A stretch of DNA of 64,000 nucleotides, from contig NC_058369.1 in the NCBI RefSeq assembly GCF_018350175.1, positions 28,522,001-28,586,000 on the forward strand, read 5' to 3'. The translations under genes were made by a program, and so were the position numbers. Below are positions 24,712 to 37,700 of this stretch, piece by piece (positions within the stretch are counted from its first letter, which is position 1; the number at the start of each line of letters is the position of its first letter). This DNA comes from Felis catus (taxonomy: Eukaryota). Under the pieces are notes generated by a model that ran no database searches, was not told the origin of the DNA, and worked only from the letters and a program-made list of their open reading frames with translations.

Positions 24712-24930
24712 TGGTAAATATAATCTATTGGAGCTCTTAGTGTAAGCCAGACACTGTCCTAAGCATTTTTCCTATTTTCTTGCACATGACCCTTAGAACA
24801 ACTGTGTGCAGTAGATGTGATTTTCACCTCTACAGCTAAGGAAATGGAGACGTGCAGAAGTTGAGCAAACTGTCCCAAGTTGCACAGGTAGTAACTAACA
24901 CAGACGAGGGACTGACAAGTGAGTCCCACT
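24712..24930 (-). mobile_element. MIR relic
   Basis: gccagacactgtcctaagcatttt...aaggaaatggagacgtgcagaagttgagcaaactgtcccaag. Confidence 0.7.
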
Positions 24931-25692
24931 CTAAATAAGTATGAGAAATGTTTCAGGGTGCGTGCACATCTCTAGCAAAGGAGAGTCATTTCATCAGGGT
25001 TCATCCAATCAGAGTTCTCTGACAGGTGTCCATACTGTGACCACAAATTGTTAACTTTGAAGCTTCACGTGAAAACATAACCTAAACTCAACCCACTTGA
25101 GGTGATATTGTTCCCTTCGCAGGGAAGGCATTTTTTAATCCTGACACAGATGAAATCGAGTTGATCATCCAGACATTGAAACCCATGGTGTTCACACTTT
25201 TTAGTCAAGTTAGGCACTAAGACAATCTAAGTGTTTGATGTCAAGTATTTGTCGTTCTCAAGAGAATTTATACCATATTTAAGAATCTAACTGACTCTGT
25301 GATTCCAGTTTTAAATGTGTAATTGATTACTGACTTCTGATTTTAGGTAGAAAGGTGCAAGAGAATATGACTGTAAGTGGTACTGAAATACTTAAGATAA
25401 TTGGATTTATTATGTTTATGAGTTTGGTACAGTTGATTCAAAATATGGTTTAAAAGCTTGGAAGCTTGGGTTAGGGTTGTGAGCTTGCCCTGGCAGGTGT
25501 CGGAAGTATTTTCAAAGAAAGTAAAAGTGTTAAAATTGTAAGTGTCTTTTAAAATATTGATAAAGAAAGGTAACTAACTAAATGTAAAAGACCATTTAAA
25601 TAGAATTTACTCTTTTATGGAATTCATAAGTTGTACAAAGAGTTTGAGTTAATTTAAGTGATTTAAATAGTTGTTTAAAAATATATAATTTT

Positions 25693-25897
25693 AGGGCCAC
25701 CTGCGTGGCTCAGTTAAGCCTCTGACTCTTGATTTCAGCTCAGGTCATGATCTCATGATTCATGAGATTGAGCTCTATGTCAGGCTCCGTGCTGACAGCA
25801 TGGAGCCTGCTTGAGATTCTCTCTCTCCCTCCTCTCTCTGCCCCTCATCCAGCTCATGCTCTCTCTTTCTCTCTCAAAATAAATAAATAAACTTTAA
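25693..25897 (+). mobile_element. CanSINE, followed by mixed TA/TG/CA microsatellite to ~25972
   Basis: Head, CT tract and (AAAT)n tail read directly. Confidence 0.93.
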
Positions 25898-26089
25898 ATG
25901 TATATATATACACACATATGTGTGTGTGCGCATGTGTATGTGTGTGTGTGTATACACACACACATATATATAATCTTAAATAAACATTAATTAAAAACTC
26001 AAACTAGTATTAATACACCTCTCTGCATACAAAGTGCCCTTAAAGCCACTAAAAAACTCACACTAACGGACCCATAAGCAAGAGTAAGC

Positions 26090-26668
26090 ATTCCAAAGCA
26101 TAAATCTGGTCATGTCATACCTAAAATCCCTTTTTGGTCATCCATCACACTGAAGAGAAATCCCAAACTCCTAACCAAGGTCTCTGAGGTGCTACAAAAC
26201 TGACCCCTGGACACTTATCCTACCTCATCTTCAATTACCTTCTTCCTTCCGCAGCACACTCACTATAGCCAGTCATGTTGGCCTTTTTTTTCCCTCCCTA
26301 GTGCATCACAAGTTCATTACTGCAACAAGTCCTTTATATTTGCCATTCTTTCTACCTGGTACACTTTTCCCAAAATTTTTTGCATGGCTGGCTCCTGTTT
26401 AACATTTAATTCTCTGCTCAAATGTCACCTCCTCCAAAAACTTCCTCTAATTGTCCCTTCCTCCAGTAATCTGTGACATAGTAATATAGTTTAAAGTCTT
26501 AGAAGCATCCTCGATGTCTGAATTATTGTGCCCATTTATTGGTTCACATATTCATTTTCCTTATTCCCCAAATAAAATAAAAGATCAACAAGGGCAAAAG
26601 CTTCTCTTTCCTAAAATATTGCCAGACACATATTAGGTGCTCAATAAACATGTTACATGAATGAATAC
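26090..26668 (+). mobile_element. L2 3' portion
   Basis: ctgctcaaatgtcacctcctc...taggtgctcaataaacatgttacatgaatgaat terminus. Confidence 0.8.
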
Positions 26669-26716
26669 ACTTAACTAAATAAAACTTGCCTTTGCCTTAA
26701 ATGCAAAGTTATTTTA

Positions 26717-26948
26717 TTTATTTTTTTTTTAAATTTTTTTTTCAACGTTTTTTATTTATTTTTGGAACAGAGAGAGACAGAGCATGAACGGGGGAGGGGC
26801 AGAGAGAGAGGGAGACACAGAATCGGAAGCAGGCTCCAGGCTCCGAGCCATCAGCCCAGAGCCTGACGCGGGGCTCGAACTCACGGACCGCGAGATCGTG
26901 ACCTGGCTGAAGTCGGACGCTTAACCGACTGTGCCACCCAGGCGCCCC
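26717..26948 (-). mobile_element. Very young feline CanSINE (SINEC_Fc-type)
   Basis: CpG-rich, near-consensus body; perfect 20-bp TSD ttaaatgcaaagttatttta (26697-26716 and 26950-26969). Confidence 0.98.
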
Positions 26949-27862
26949 ATTAAATGCAAAGTTATTTTAAAAACAGATCTCTACATAACATTGAGTCTGT
27001 AAGACCCAGTTTTCTGGGGGTTATTTGATGAATATGATTATGTTATTTTGGGGTTAATGTCCATGAATTTCTGAAAATAGGCCAAATGTCAAGCAGAATA
27101 TACAAGCAAATATGATCCCTCCCCAGGACACTTGCCGTCGAAATTATAAGCATTCAAAAATCTTGGCGAGATGCCTATGCTAATAAGAAAGTGATCCAGT
27201 ATTCATGAGAATTTGAAAAGCCATTATTTTTGCCTGAAATCATCTTGGCTTTTCCATAATTAATATGTCACTATCATCAGAAGGCTAACAGATCAGGATG
27301 GTAAAAGCATTGTTTCATAGAACAACACTCATAGGAACAACGGTGTTATGTGAAATACCACAGTGACTTTTGAGAAAGGAAAATAATCCAAAATCTGAGG
27401 CTAATGAATGTAGAAACTGACTAAACAGAAAGAAGATAGAAACAGCTGGCATCAAGACAGAAAGGTAGGTGTTTAAGCAAATCCAGAAATGGAAATCATG
27501 TTCCAGAGATGCATGGGAAGAGACAACTTCCAAGTACTCATGGGCCATGGGAGATAATAGGATCAGAGTCCTATGTTCTGTACCTAGTGATTTTTCTTTC
27601 ATGGCTCTTCCTTGATTTGGTCAGGAAGAAAGTGGTCTTGGACACCTGCTAATCCATTCCTCCATTCTCTCAACTTTCTAACCCTACATCAAACAAGAAA
27701 GGCAGGTATGGTCTATACTACAATACACTGGCATTGGTAGAAATGTCTGCCCCAAACTCTTGGTCTATTATCCAGCATGAATCTAAGACACAATTAGATC
27801 AATAAATAGCATCTTTTGTTAGACTAACATTTGCAAACATTATCAACTGTGCATTTTTAAAC

Positions 27863-27864
<2 letters not shown>

Positions 27865-27905
<41 letters not shown>
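27865..27905 (+). repeat. (TG)n microsatellite
   Basis: Read directly. Confidence 0.95.
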
Positions 27906-27908
<3 letters not shown>

Positions 27909-29364
27909 TGTATAAAAGAATTGCTAGGAAAAATATTTTTTATACCTAGGGAGTCATTTGTTCCCTTTGACAAAGTGGTATGTTTCCTTTTGTAGCTAAT
28001 GGCAGTCACATAACTCACTTCTTTTTTTGTTTGTTTGTTTGTTTGTTTTGTTTTTCTTGTCTTGCTAATCCAAGAAGTTCAGAGCTCAGAGCAGGAGTAT
28101 TCTTAGTTTAAATTGTCTGAAACAACTTTCTCCCTCCTTCTCCTTTTTCATGCCTTGACCTCAAATATACAGATACGTTTACATTTTTGTTGTTCTTTTC
28201 ACATGTGTATTTTCTTACAAGTTGGTAAAAATTTGCTTTGGAAGTGTTTGTGATAAAAGGAATGAATAATTTAGTAAAATTTTAAAACTGTTCTACCAAA
28301 AAAAAAAAAAAAAGTATGTCCTAGGTTCTCACCAGATTGCAGTAAATGTCCAAAAATAGCTCAGAGCTGAGGTATCTCCAGAGAGTTGGGGGACAGGAGG
28401 GCAAAGAATACTTAAAAACAAGGAATTTTAGTCTGTACGTACTATTTTCTATGAAACATAAAAGGAAAATACCCATATAAAGGCTGGCTGATATATGTGG
28501 AGGTCTATAGGGGAAATAAGTGAATATCTGACATAAAAGGAGTCTTAGAGATCTCTATTCCAATCTCCTTGATTTGGACTAGGGAAAGTCTAAATCCATA
28601 AAATCCATTTAATCCACAGAGATTAAATGACTCTTCCAAATAAACAGGAAGTTGGTAACTGAATCATGCCTGGAATCTGGGCCCTGCTTTCCAGGATATG
28701 AGTTTGCTAATACTTGAGAAACTATAAGCATTGGAAGGAAGATTTTAGTCTGACAAAATTTTAACCAGGAAAAATTGCACATTGCCAGTTAAAATACATT
28801 TAAGCACTTACTTTTTCTCCAATGCCATTCAATATATGAATTTTATTGTTTATTTATTTTAAGTAAACTACATTTCTTGAATGTTTCAAGTGGAAGCAAG
28901 GAGGTATGGGTACAAGGGAATACAAAGATTATAACCAAATTTCCACACATCAAATCCCAATCATAATGAATTTCTTCTGTAATCAGCCTCTGCATCTCCC
29001 AGTTCCTCCTGACATCCTGAGTTTCAGATGCTTTTATAATTTTTTTCAAGTAATAATGTATAGGCTTATGAATTTCCCTTATATGTTAGCTTTACAATAA
29101 CAATGCAAACTTTCTCTATTTCTTGACTGACTCTTAGCAGGAAAAATAAAGTCATTGGATATTTATATAAATGAAAAGTTTCATAGGTGGCAACCAACCG
29201 GTTGATGCATATTTCAACATATTTAAAATAATACTCAATTATATTCAGTAACTTTACAAGTAGGTACATCCAAAGTCAGCATAATGCCCATATTTTAAAA
29301 AAGAAAGAAAAATAATTTTATTTGGATAGGATAGAAGCAATAATCCTGCACCTTTCTTTTCTTT

Positions 29365-29570
29365 TTTTTTAGTTTATTTGGAGATAATTATTAATTCACA
29401 TACAACTGTAAGAAATAATAGGGAGAGATCTTGGGTACCCTTCTAATTTTTCCCCCATGGTAATAGCTTGTATAAGTATAGGAAGATATCAAACCCAAGA
29501 CATTGACATTGGTGCAAGCCATCAACCTTACTCAAGTTTCATCAGTTGTACATTCACACATTTGTGTGAA
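29365..29570 (-). mobile_element. Old L1M (MB/MC-like) 3'UTR fragment
   Basis: attcacatacaactgtaagaaataatagggagagatc...acattgacattggtgca. Confidence 0.7.
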
Positions 29571-30136
29571 AATACATTTTTAACAGCTACAATTTATTTA
29601 GCATTTCTATGATCCAGTTAATCCTTACAAAACTAATTTACTAATTGGGAAAGTAAGACAAGAGGCAAAGTGAGGATGTGAAACTCAATCATTTAATTCT
29701 GAAGGCAGAATTCTTTATACTACTCAGTAGAGGCGAGAAGCCTACATGAATGTTTGGTTCATTTGCAGAATTTTGTATATAGCTATTCCCCAAAATACTC
29801 AAATGAAATATTGGCAAAAGCAGTTAAGTACAACAAAGGGGAATATCAAAACCATGAAGCAAGAGAAAAGGCAAATGAGGTTAATATAATTCAGTTTAGC
29901 GCTGAGCTTCTTAGCAGACAGGGCAAAAAGATAAATAGGGTGAGACATGTAATCCTTATTGTCAAAGAAAAGAAAACACGGACGCAGAAATTTTAAAATG
30001 TATATATGTATGTCCATATACCCCATGCTTGCTCCATTGCATTTTTTTATTCAAAGTTCATAAATATCCAAAATAAAACTCAGCCAAGGCAGGCTTAATA
30101 TATTAATAAAACTGTTTTTAAAAAACACACCCCATG

Positions 30137-30332
30137 AGGCACCTGGGTGACTTAGTCAATTAAGTGTCTGCCTTCATCTCAGGTCATAACTTCATGGTTC
30201 GTGGCTTCCAGCCCCACGTCAAGCCTTCTGCTATCCATGCAGAGCCAACTTCAGATCCTCTGTCACCCTCTCTGCCCCTCTCCTGCTTGCGCTCTCTCCC
30301 TCTCTCAAAAATAAATGAATAAAACACTTAAA

Positions 30333-30333
<1 letters not shown>
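30137..30333 (+). mobile_element. CanSINE with (CA)n at 30340-30364
   Basis: gaggcacctgggtgacttagtc head, CT tract, A tail. Confidence 0.92.
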
Positions 30334-30364
<31 letters not shown>

Positions 30365-30384
30365 GCAAACACCCCACACTGAAG

Positions 30385-30492
30385 GTAGCTACATTTGTGG
30401 AGAGCATAACATAATGTAATAGACTTGTTAAATCACTATGAATCACACCTGAAACTAATGTAACATTGTGTCAACTATACTTCAATTAAATA
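30385..30492 (+). mobile_element. Short carnivore-type L1 3' end
   Basis: cacctgaaactaatgtaacattgtgtcaactatacttcaatt, homologous to 11760-11800 in reverse. Confidence 0.8.
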
Positions 30493-30496
30493 TACA

Positions 30497-30736
30497 CAGT
30501 AAAACCTTGGATTGTGAGTAACTTGTTGTGCAAGTGTTCCACAAGAGAAGCAAACATCTCTCATAAATTGTAACTTGATAAACAAGCGATATCTTGCAAT
30601 ACGAGTAGCATGAGATATGAAACATCACGTGATCACAACTAAGCCAATGATTCTTGAAATTAGCTTTGATACACAAGTGTTTGGATTATAAGCATGTTTC
30701 CAGAATGAATTGTGTTCAAAAACCAAGGTTTTACCT
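30497..30736 (+). mobile_element. Tc1/mariner (Tigger-type) MITE, ~240 bp
   Basis: Terminal inverted repeats cagtaaaaccttgg...ccaaggttttacc followed by TA; homologous to 50924-51870. Confidence 0.82.
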
Positions 30737-30743
30737 TATTTAT

Positions 30744-30780
30744 TCATTCATTCATTCATTCATTCATTCATTCATTCATT
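30744..30780 (+). repeat. (TTCA)n
   Basis: Read directly. Confidence 0.9.
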
Positions 30781-30866
30781 TGTAACTGGTGCACTTTCCA
30801 ATAATGACTACTGTCAATTCTCCCCCTGTACACTCATGCTGCTCCTTCTTCAAGGAGTGGAGTCTA

Positions 30867-30910
<44 letters not shown>

Positions 30911-31357
30911 CCGCCTTGATTATGGGCTGGGCTGGCCTATCAGCTCAGGTTAATAGAATACACACTTGTAACAGAGTTCTCATTCCATGTGTAGTAGTTA
31001 AGAAGCCTGGCAGCTTCCACTTTGGAGCTTTCTGGAGAAGTCAGCCGCTGTGATGTAAAGAAGCTCACACTAGACTACCAAACGATAAAAACACTTTGTG
31101 GTGAGATTGAGGTAACATGGACAGCATCCACATACCACATACCAGAGTAAATCTTTCTTTGACCATCCTGGCCAGGAAATTTGTAAGCTGAATGCAACCC
31201 AGTGAACGATCCAGCCTATTCACAATGGAGTAGACAACTGGCCAGCTAAGTCACACTCCAATTCCTGAGTCATAGAACCTTGAAAAATAATGAATCATCA
31301 TTGCTTTAGGCCACAGGGTCCAGGGTAGTTTGTTAAAAGCAGCTAATAACTGAAATA
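30781..31357 (+). mobile_element. MaLR LTR (MLT1G/H-like) containing a C42 run
   Basis: caaggagtggagtctatccc...cctggcagcttccac...ggtagtttgtt...taataactgaaata terminus. Confidence 0.72.
30868..30909 (+). repeat. Poly-C homopolymer (42 nt)
   Basis: Read directly. Confidence 0.95.
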
Positions 31358-32280
31358 ATGGCCAAAATATAATCTAAAAATTCATTCTATAACTTAGCAA
31401 GTTTAGATGTATGCATCTAGGAACTAACTGCAAACCTTCACAAAACCCAGGGGACGTGGCCAATCACCACTTCATCCACCTTCTCCCTCCCGTTTACTCC
31501 AATGATAACACAAGGTTGCCAGAATCTCTCTGGAGGGAGTTTGTACACAAATCTGGTGTTGAAAACTTTTGTAGCTACCATCTGAGGGACAGGCACCCAG
31601 ATCACCTAGCTTTGATAGCCAAAGGGCTTGTACTCATAAGTTCCACAAGACTATAGCAATTTAAGAAGCAGTCTTAAAACAGGGGCAGTAACACCCTTAC
31701 TCCACAGCTATATACCTTGGCTTGATAAACAGCAAGCACACAAAAATACCTATCTCCCAGGTTCTCTCTGTAAAGGGTTTAACTGCATACTTTCCCAGCT
31801 TCTGCCTGAGGGTTTGGTTTCTAATCAGCCTGCCTCCAGGCACTGATGGACATCCTCCCCTTTGGGACTCTGAAGGCTCATGGCATATTCTCAAGTACTC
31901 ACAGCCACAAAGAACAAAGACAGTAGCTTGAACAAATACAAAGGATTGAGTGGCAATGAGAAACTTGGCCTGGATTGATTGACAAGGTTCATCTCCTACA
32001 CAAGACCTGCCTGTCAAAACTGGAAGAGGTACCTGTTTTATCTAATGCAGAAAGCAACACAGAGTCAAGGAAAATAAAGAAATAGGGGAATATGTTCCAA
32101 ATAAAAGAACAGGATAAATCTCAAGAAACTGATTTTAACGAAATGGAGATAAGCGATTTACCCAACAGAGAGTTCAAAATAATAGTCATAAAGATGTTCT
32201 CCAAGATCAGGAGAGCAATGCATGTACAGAGTAAAAATTCCTCAACACGAAGACAGAAAATATTTTAAAATCACCAAACA

Positions 32281-32485
32281 GGGGCACCTGGGTCGCTCAG
32301 TTGGTTAAGCATCCCTCTTCAGCTCAGGTCATGATCTCACAGTTCGTGAGTTCAAGCCCCACATCGCAGGCTCTCTTTGGGGCCCACATTGGGGCTCTGT
32401 TTCTCTCCCCCTCTCTCTGTCTCTCCCTCACTCTTTCTCTCTCTCTCAAGATAAATAAATACACTTTAAAAAATTAAAAAGATAA
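32281..32485 (+). mobile_element. CanSINE in L1 ORF1
   Basis: ggggcacctgggtcgctcag head; degenerate TSD aaaatcaccaaaca / aaaagcacccaaca. Confidence 0.94.
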
Positions 32486-34519
32486 AAAAGCACCCAACAG
32501 AAATCATAAAACCAAAGAATACAATAATAGAACTGAAAAATTCAATACAAGGGTTAAATAGTAGAATAGATCAAGCACAAGAAGGATAAGTGAGCTTTAA
32601 TAAAAGACAGTGGAATTCATCCAATCAGAGAAGCAAAAGACAAAGAATAAAAAAGAGAGAAGATATCTTAGGACATCATCAAGCAGATCAGTATGCACAT
32701 TGTAAGATGATAGGGGTCTCAGAAGGAGAAGAGAGAAAGAAAGGGACAGAAAGCTTATTCAAATAAAAATGGCTGACAACATCGCTAACCTGTGGAAAGT
32801 AACAGATATCCAGATCAAGGAAGACAAAGAATTTCCAAGAATGATGAATCTGAAGAGATCCACAGCAAAACACATTAGAATTAAAGTGACAAAGGTTAGA
32901 GATAAAGAGACAATCTTAAAATGAGCAACAGAATAGTAATCTGTTATATTAAAAATATCCATAAGACTACAAATGGATTTTTTAGTAGAAACGTTTCAGG
33001 CAAGAGGGAGTGGGATGTTATATTCGAAGTGCTTTAAAAAAAAGAAATCCCCACCAACCAAGAATACTTTACCCTACAAAGTTGTCTTTCAGAACTAAAG
33101 ATGAGATAAAGAGTTTTCTAGACAAACAGAAGTTAAAGAAGTTCATCACCACTCCTTACAAGAAATGCTGAAGGGAGTTCCTCAAGCTGAAACAAAAGGA
33201 TGCGAATTAGTTATATAAAATATATGGAACTATAAACTCACTAGTAAAGGTAAATCTATGGTAAAGTTCAGAATACTCTAATATTGTCATGGTGGTGGGT
33301 AAATCACTTATAAATCCAGAATAAAGGTGAAAAGCAAAAGTATTGAAAATAACTATAACTACAAAAACTTGTTAATGGATGGCATAATATAAAAAGATGT
33401 AAATTGTGACACCAAAAACAAACAAACAAAAAACTGTGGGAAGACTGTAAAAAGGGAAACCTTCTGTGTGCATTTGAAGATAAGTTGTTATCAACTTAAA
33501 ATACAATATTATAAATATATTTTACATAAATCTCATGATAACCACAAAGCAAAAACCTAGAATCAATACTCAGTAGATAAAGAGAAAGAAATCAAAGCAT
33601 ACCCATACAAAAAATCATCAACTCACAAAGGAATAGAGCAAGAGAGAAAGGAACAAAGGACTACAGAACAGTAAGAAAACAATGAACAATATGGCAGTGT
33701 AAATCCATAACCATCAATAATTACTTTTAAGTGTAAATGGAATATTTTTTTCTATCAAAAGACATTTATTTATCAGAAAATACAGAGTGGACAAATGGTT
33801 AAAAAACAAGATCCAACTGTCTGCTGCCTACAAGAGTCTCACTTTAGCTTTAAGGATACTTATAGACTGAAAATGAAGGAATGGAAAAAGGTATCCTATG
33901 CAATTAGAAATAAGAAGAAAGCAAAGGTACTAATATTTATATCAGACAAAACAGACATTACATCAAGACTATAACAAGAGACAAAGAAGGTTATATAAGG
34001 AAAATGGGTCAATTTATCAAGAGAATATAATAATTGTAAATATTTATACACTCAACAATGGAGCAAGTAAATATACAAAGCAAATATTAACAGATCTGAA
34101 GAGAGACACAGATAGCAACGTAATAATAGTAGACACTTTCAGTATCCCACTTACAACTATTCAGACAGAAAAACAAAAGAAGGAAACACTGGACTTAAAC
34201 TACACATAGGGCCAGATGTATCTAACAAACATATATAGTATATTCCATCCATCCAAGAGCAGCAGAATGTACATTCTTCTCAAGCATACATGGAACACTC
34301 TCCAAGATAGATCATACGTTAGGCCACAAAACAAGTCTTCATAAAGTTAAGAATTTTGAAATCATATCAAACATCTTTTCTAACCAAAATGGTATGAAAC
34401 TAAAAATCAACTGCAAGAAAATAGAAAATTCACAATATGTGGAGAATAAACAACATGGTCCTGAGTGACCAATGGGTCAATGAAAAAAATCAAAAGGGAA
34501 ATAAAAAAATATCGAGACA

Positions 34520-34641
34520 GAGGCACCTGAATGGCTCAGTCAGTTGAGTGTCCAACTCTTGATCTCAAGGTTCATGAGTTCAAGCCCCATTGTCAGGGCA
34601 GAGCCTGCTTGGGATTCTCTCTCTGCCCCTCCCTGATGTCT

Positions 34642-34695
<54 letters not shown>

Positions 34696-34738
34696 TCTCT
34701 CAAAATAAATAATAAACTTCAAATACATAAGTAAATAA
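34520..34738 (+). mobile_element. CanSINE in L1 ORF2 with long (CT)n
   Basis: gaggcacctgaatggctcagtcagtt head, (CT)n, A-rich tail. Confidence 0.93.
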
Positions 34739-37700
34739 AATCGACTTAAATGGAAATGGAAACACAAGATACCAAAACATATGGGATACAGCAAAAGCAG
34801 TTTTAAGAGGGAAGTTTATAACGATAAATGCCTACATTTAAAAAACTCACATAAACAAGAAAAACTGGTTAAAAAAAAAAGAACAAACTAAGCCCAAAGT
34901 TTGCAAAAAAAAAAAAAAAAAGGAAATAAAAAAGATAAAAGTGGAAATCAATGAAATAGAGACTAAACAGACAATATGAAAGAGAAATAACTGGCATTTT
35001 GAAGATAAAATTGATAAGCCTTTAAGCTGGACAAAAACAAAAAAGAAGACTTACATAAATAACATCAGAAATGAAAGGGAAGACATTACAACTGATAACA
35101 CAGATGTACTAAGAATTGTAACAAACTACAATGAATAATTATATGCCAACAAATTAGATAACCTAGAAGAAATGGATAAATTCCTAAAAACATACAACGT
35201 ACCAAGACTGAGTCATGAAGAAATAAAAAATCTGAACAGACCAGTAACTAGTAAGAAGACTGAATAAGTATTACAAGCTTCTCAATAAAAATAAAAATAA
35301 TAATAATAATAATAATAATAATCCAGACCAGATGGCTTCACTGGTGAATTCTACCAAATGTTGAAAGAAGAATTAATATCAATCTTTCTCAAAGTCTTCC
35401 AATAAATAGAAGAGGAGGAAACACTTCCAAACTCATTTTATGAGACCAGCATTAACCCTAGTACCAAAACCAGATAAGGACACAAGAGTAAAGAAAGTAC
35501 AGGCTAATATCCCTGATGAACTTAGATGCAGGAATCCTTGCAAAATATTAGCAAACCAAATTCAATAGTACATTAAGGATCACTCACAGTGATCAAGTGG
35601 GATTTATCCTAGGACACAAGGATGTTTCAATACATACAAATCAATCAATGTGATTCAGCACATTAACAAAATGAAGGATAAAACTCATGATTATCTCAAT
35701 AGATGAAGAAAAAGCATATGAAAAAATTCAACATCCTTTTATAATAAAAACTCTCAAGAAATTGGATATAGAAAAGTATACCTCACCAAAATAAAGGCCA
35801 TATATGACAATCCCACAGCTAACATCATATGTAATAGTGAAAGGCTGAAAGAATCCGAGACAAGTATTGGAAGTACTAGCCAGAATAAATGGGCAAGAAA
35901 AAGAAATAAAAGGCATCCAAATCAGAAAGCAAGAAGAAAAGTTTTCTCTTTATTTGAAAAACAATCCATTTACAATAACATCAAAAAGAATAAAATACTT
36001 AGGAATAAATTTAATCAAAAGGTGTAAGATCTGGACTCTGAAAATTATAAAACATTGATAAAAGAAATTAAAGAAGACATAAATAAATGGAAAGATATTC
36101 CACATTTACAAATGGGAAAATTATCACAATTAAAAAGTCCCACTACCAACCTACAGATTCAGTATAATCCCCTTTCAAAATTTCAATGACATTTTTCATA
36201 CAAATAGAAAAAAAGCAATCCTATAATTCATATGGAACCACAAATACCCCAAAGAACAAAGCAATCTTGAGAAAGGAACAAAGCTGGAAAAATCAAAATT
36301 CCTGGTTTCAAACTACACTATAAAGCTACAGTAATCAAAACAGTATGGTATGGGCATGAAAAGAGATATACAGAGCACTGGAACAGAATAGAGAGCTCAA
36401 AAATAAGCCCAAACATATATGGTAAATTAATTTTTGACAAAGGAGTCAAAAATATACAATGGGGAAAAGATAATCTTTTCAGTAAAAGGTGTTGGAAAAA
36501 CTCAGATACATGCAAAAGAATGAGCCTAGGCTTGTACTTTATATTATATATGCAAAAATCCACTCAAAATGGACTAAGGACTTGACATAAGACCTGAAAC
36601 AGTAGGTATAACTCTGAAACAGTAGGTAAGCTCCTTAACACTGGTTTTGGCAATGATTTTGGCAACAAAAGCAAAAATAAACAAGTGGGACTATATCAAG
36701 CTAAAAAGTTTCTGTGCAGCAAGGAAACCATCAAAAGAATGAAAAGGCAAACTATAGCCTGGAGAAGTTTTTGTAAGCCACATATGTGATAAGAGGTTAA
36801 TATCCAAAACTACAGGAAAGTCATACAACTCAATAGCAAAAACACAAATAACCCAATTTTTAAAAAGGCAAACAACCTGAGTAGACATTTTTCTAAGAAA
36901 GACATAGAGATGACCAATAAGTACATGAAAAGGTATACAACATCATTAATCATCAGGGAAATTCAACACAACCACAATGAGATGTCACTTCATAACTGTT
37001 GGGATGTCTATGATCAAAAAGATAAAAGATAATAAATCCTGGCAAGGATGTGGAGAAAAGGGAGCCCTTGATGCACCAACGATGAGAATGTGAAATGGTA
37101 TAGGAACGAAGGACAACAGGGTGGAGGTTCCTCAAGAAATTAGAAATAGAAGGACCATATGATCCAGGAATCCCACTTCTCAGTATATGTCCAAAGGAAA
37201 AGAAATCATTAAATCATTATCTTGAAGAAGTACCTGCATTCCCATGTTCACTGTAGCAAATGTCTGTTGCAATAGCTAAATGTGAATGAATGAATGAATG
37301 AATAAAGAAAAGGTAATACTATCATTTAGCCTTAATATACTAGTGAGCCTTTAAAAAGAAGGATTATTTAGCCTTTAAAAAAAAGGAAATCCTGCCATTT
37401 GTGACAACATGGATGAACTTGGGAGAGCATTCAGCTAAGTGAAATAAGCCAGACGTAAACAAATACTGCATGGTAATACATGCGGAATCTAAAAAAACAG
37501 TCAAACTCTCATAAACAGACAGTAAAATGGTAGTTGCCAGGGGACACTGGCAGGAGGTGTGTGTGTCGGGAGGGGGGGAAGTGTAATAAGGAGAGGCTGG
37601 TAAAAGAGCATAACTTTCAGTTATAAGACGTTTATTGTCTGAGGATCCAATGTAGAACATGTGACTATAGCTGATAACACTGTATTGTGTAATTGAAACT

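Noticed and set aside
30710..30919. Poly-Pro ORF
   Set aside because: Translation of the C42 run and (TTCA)n.
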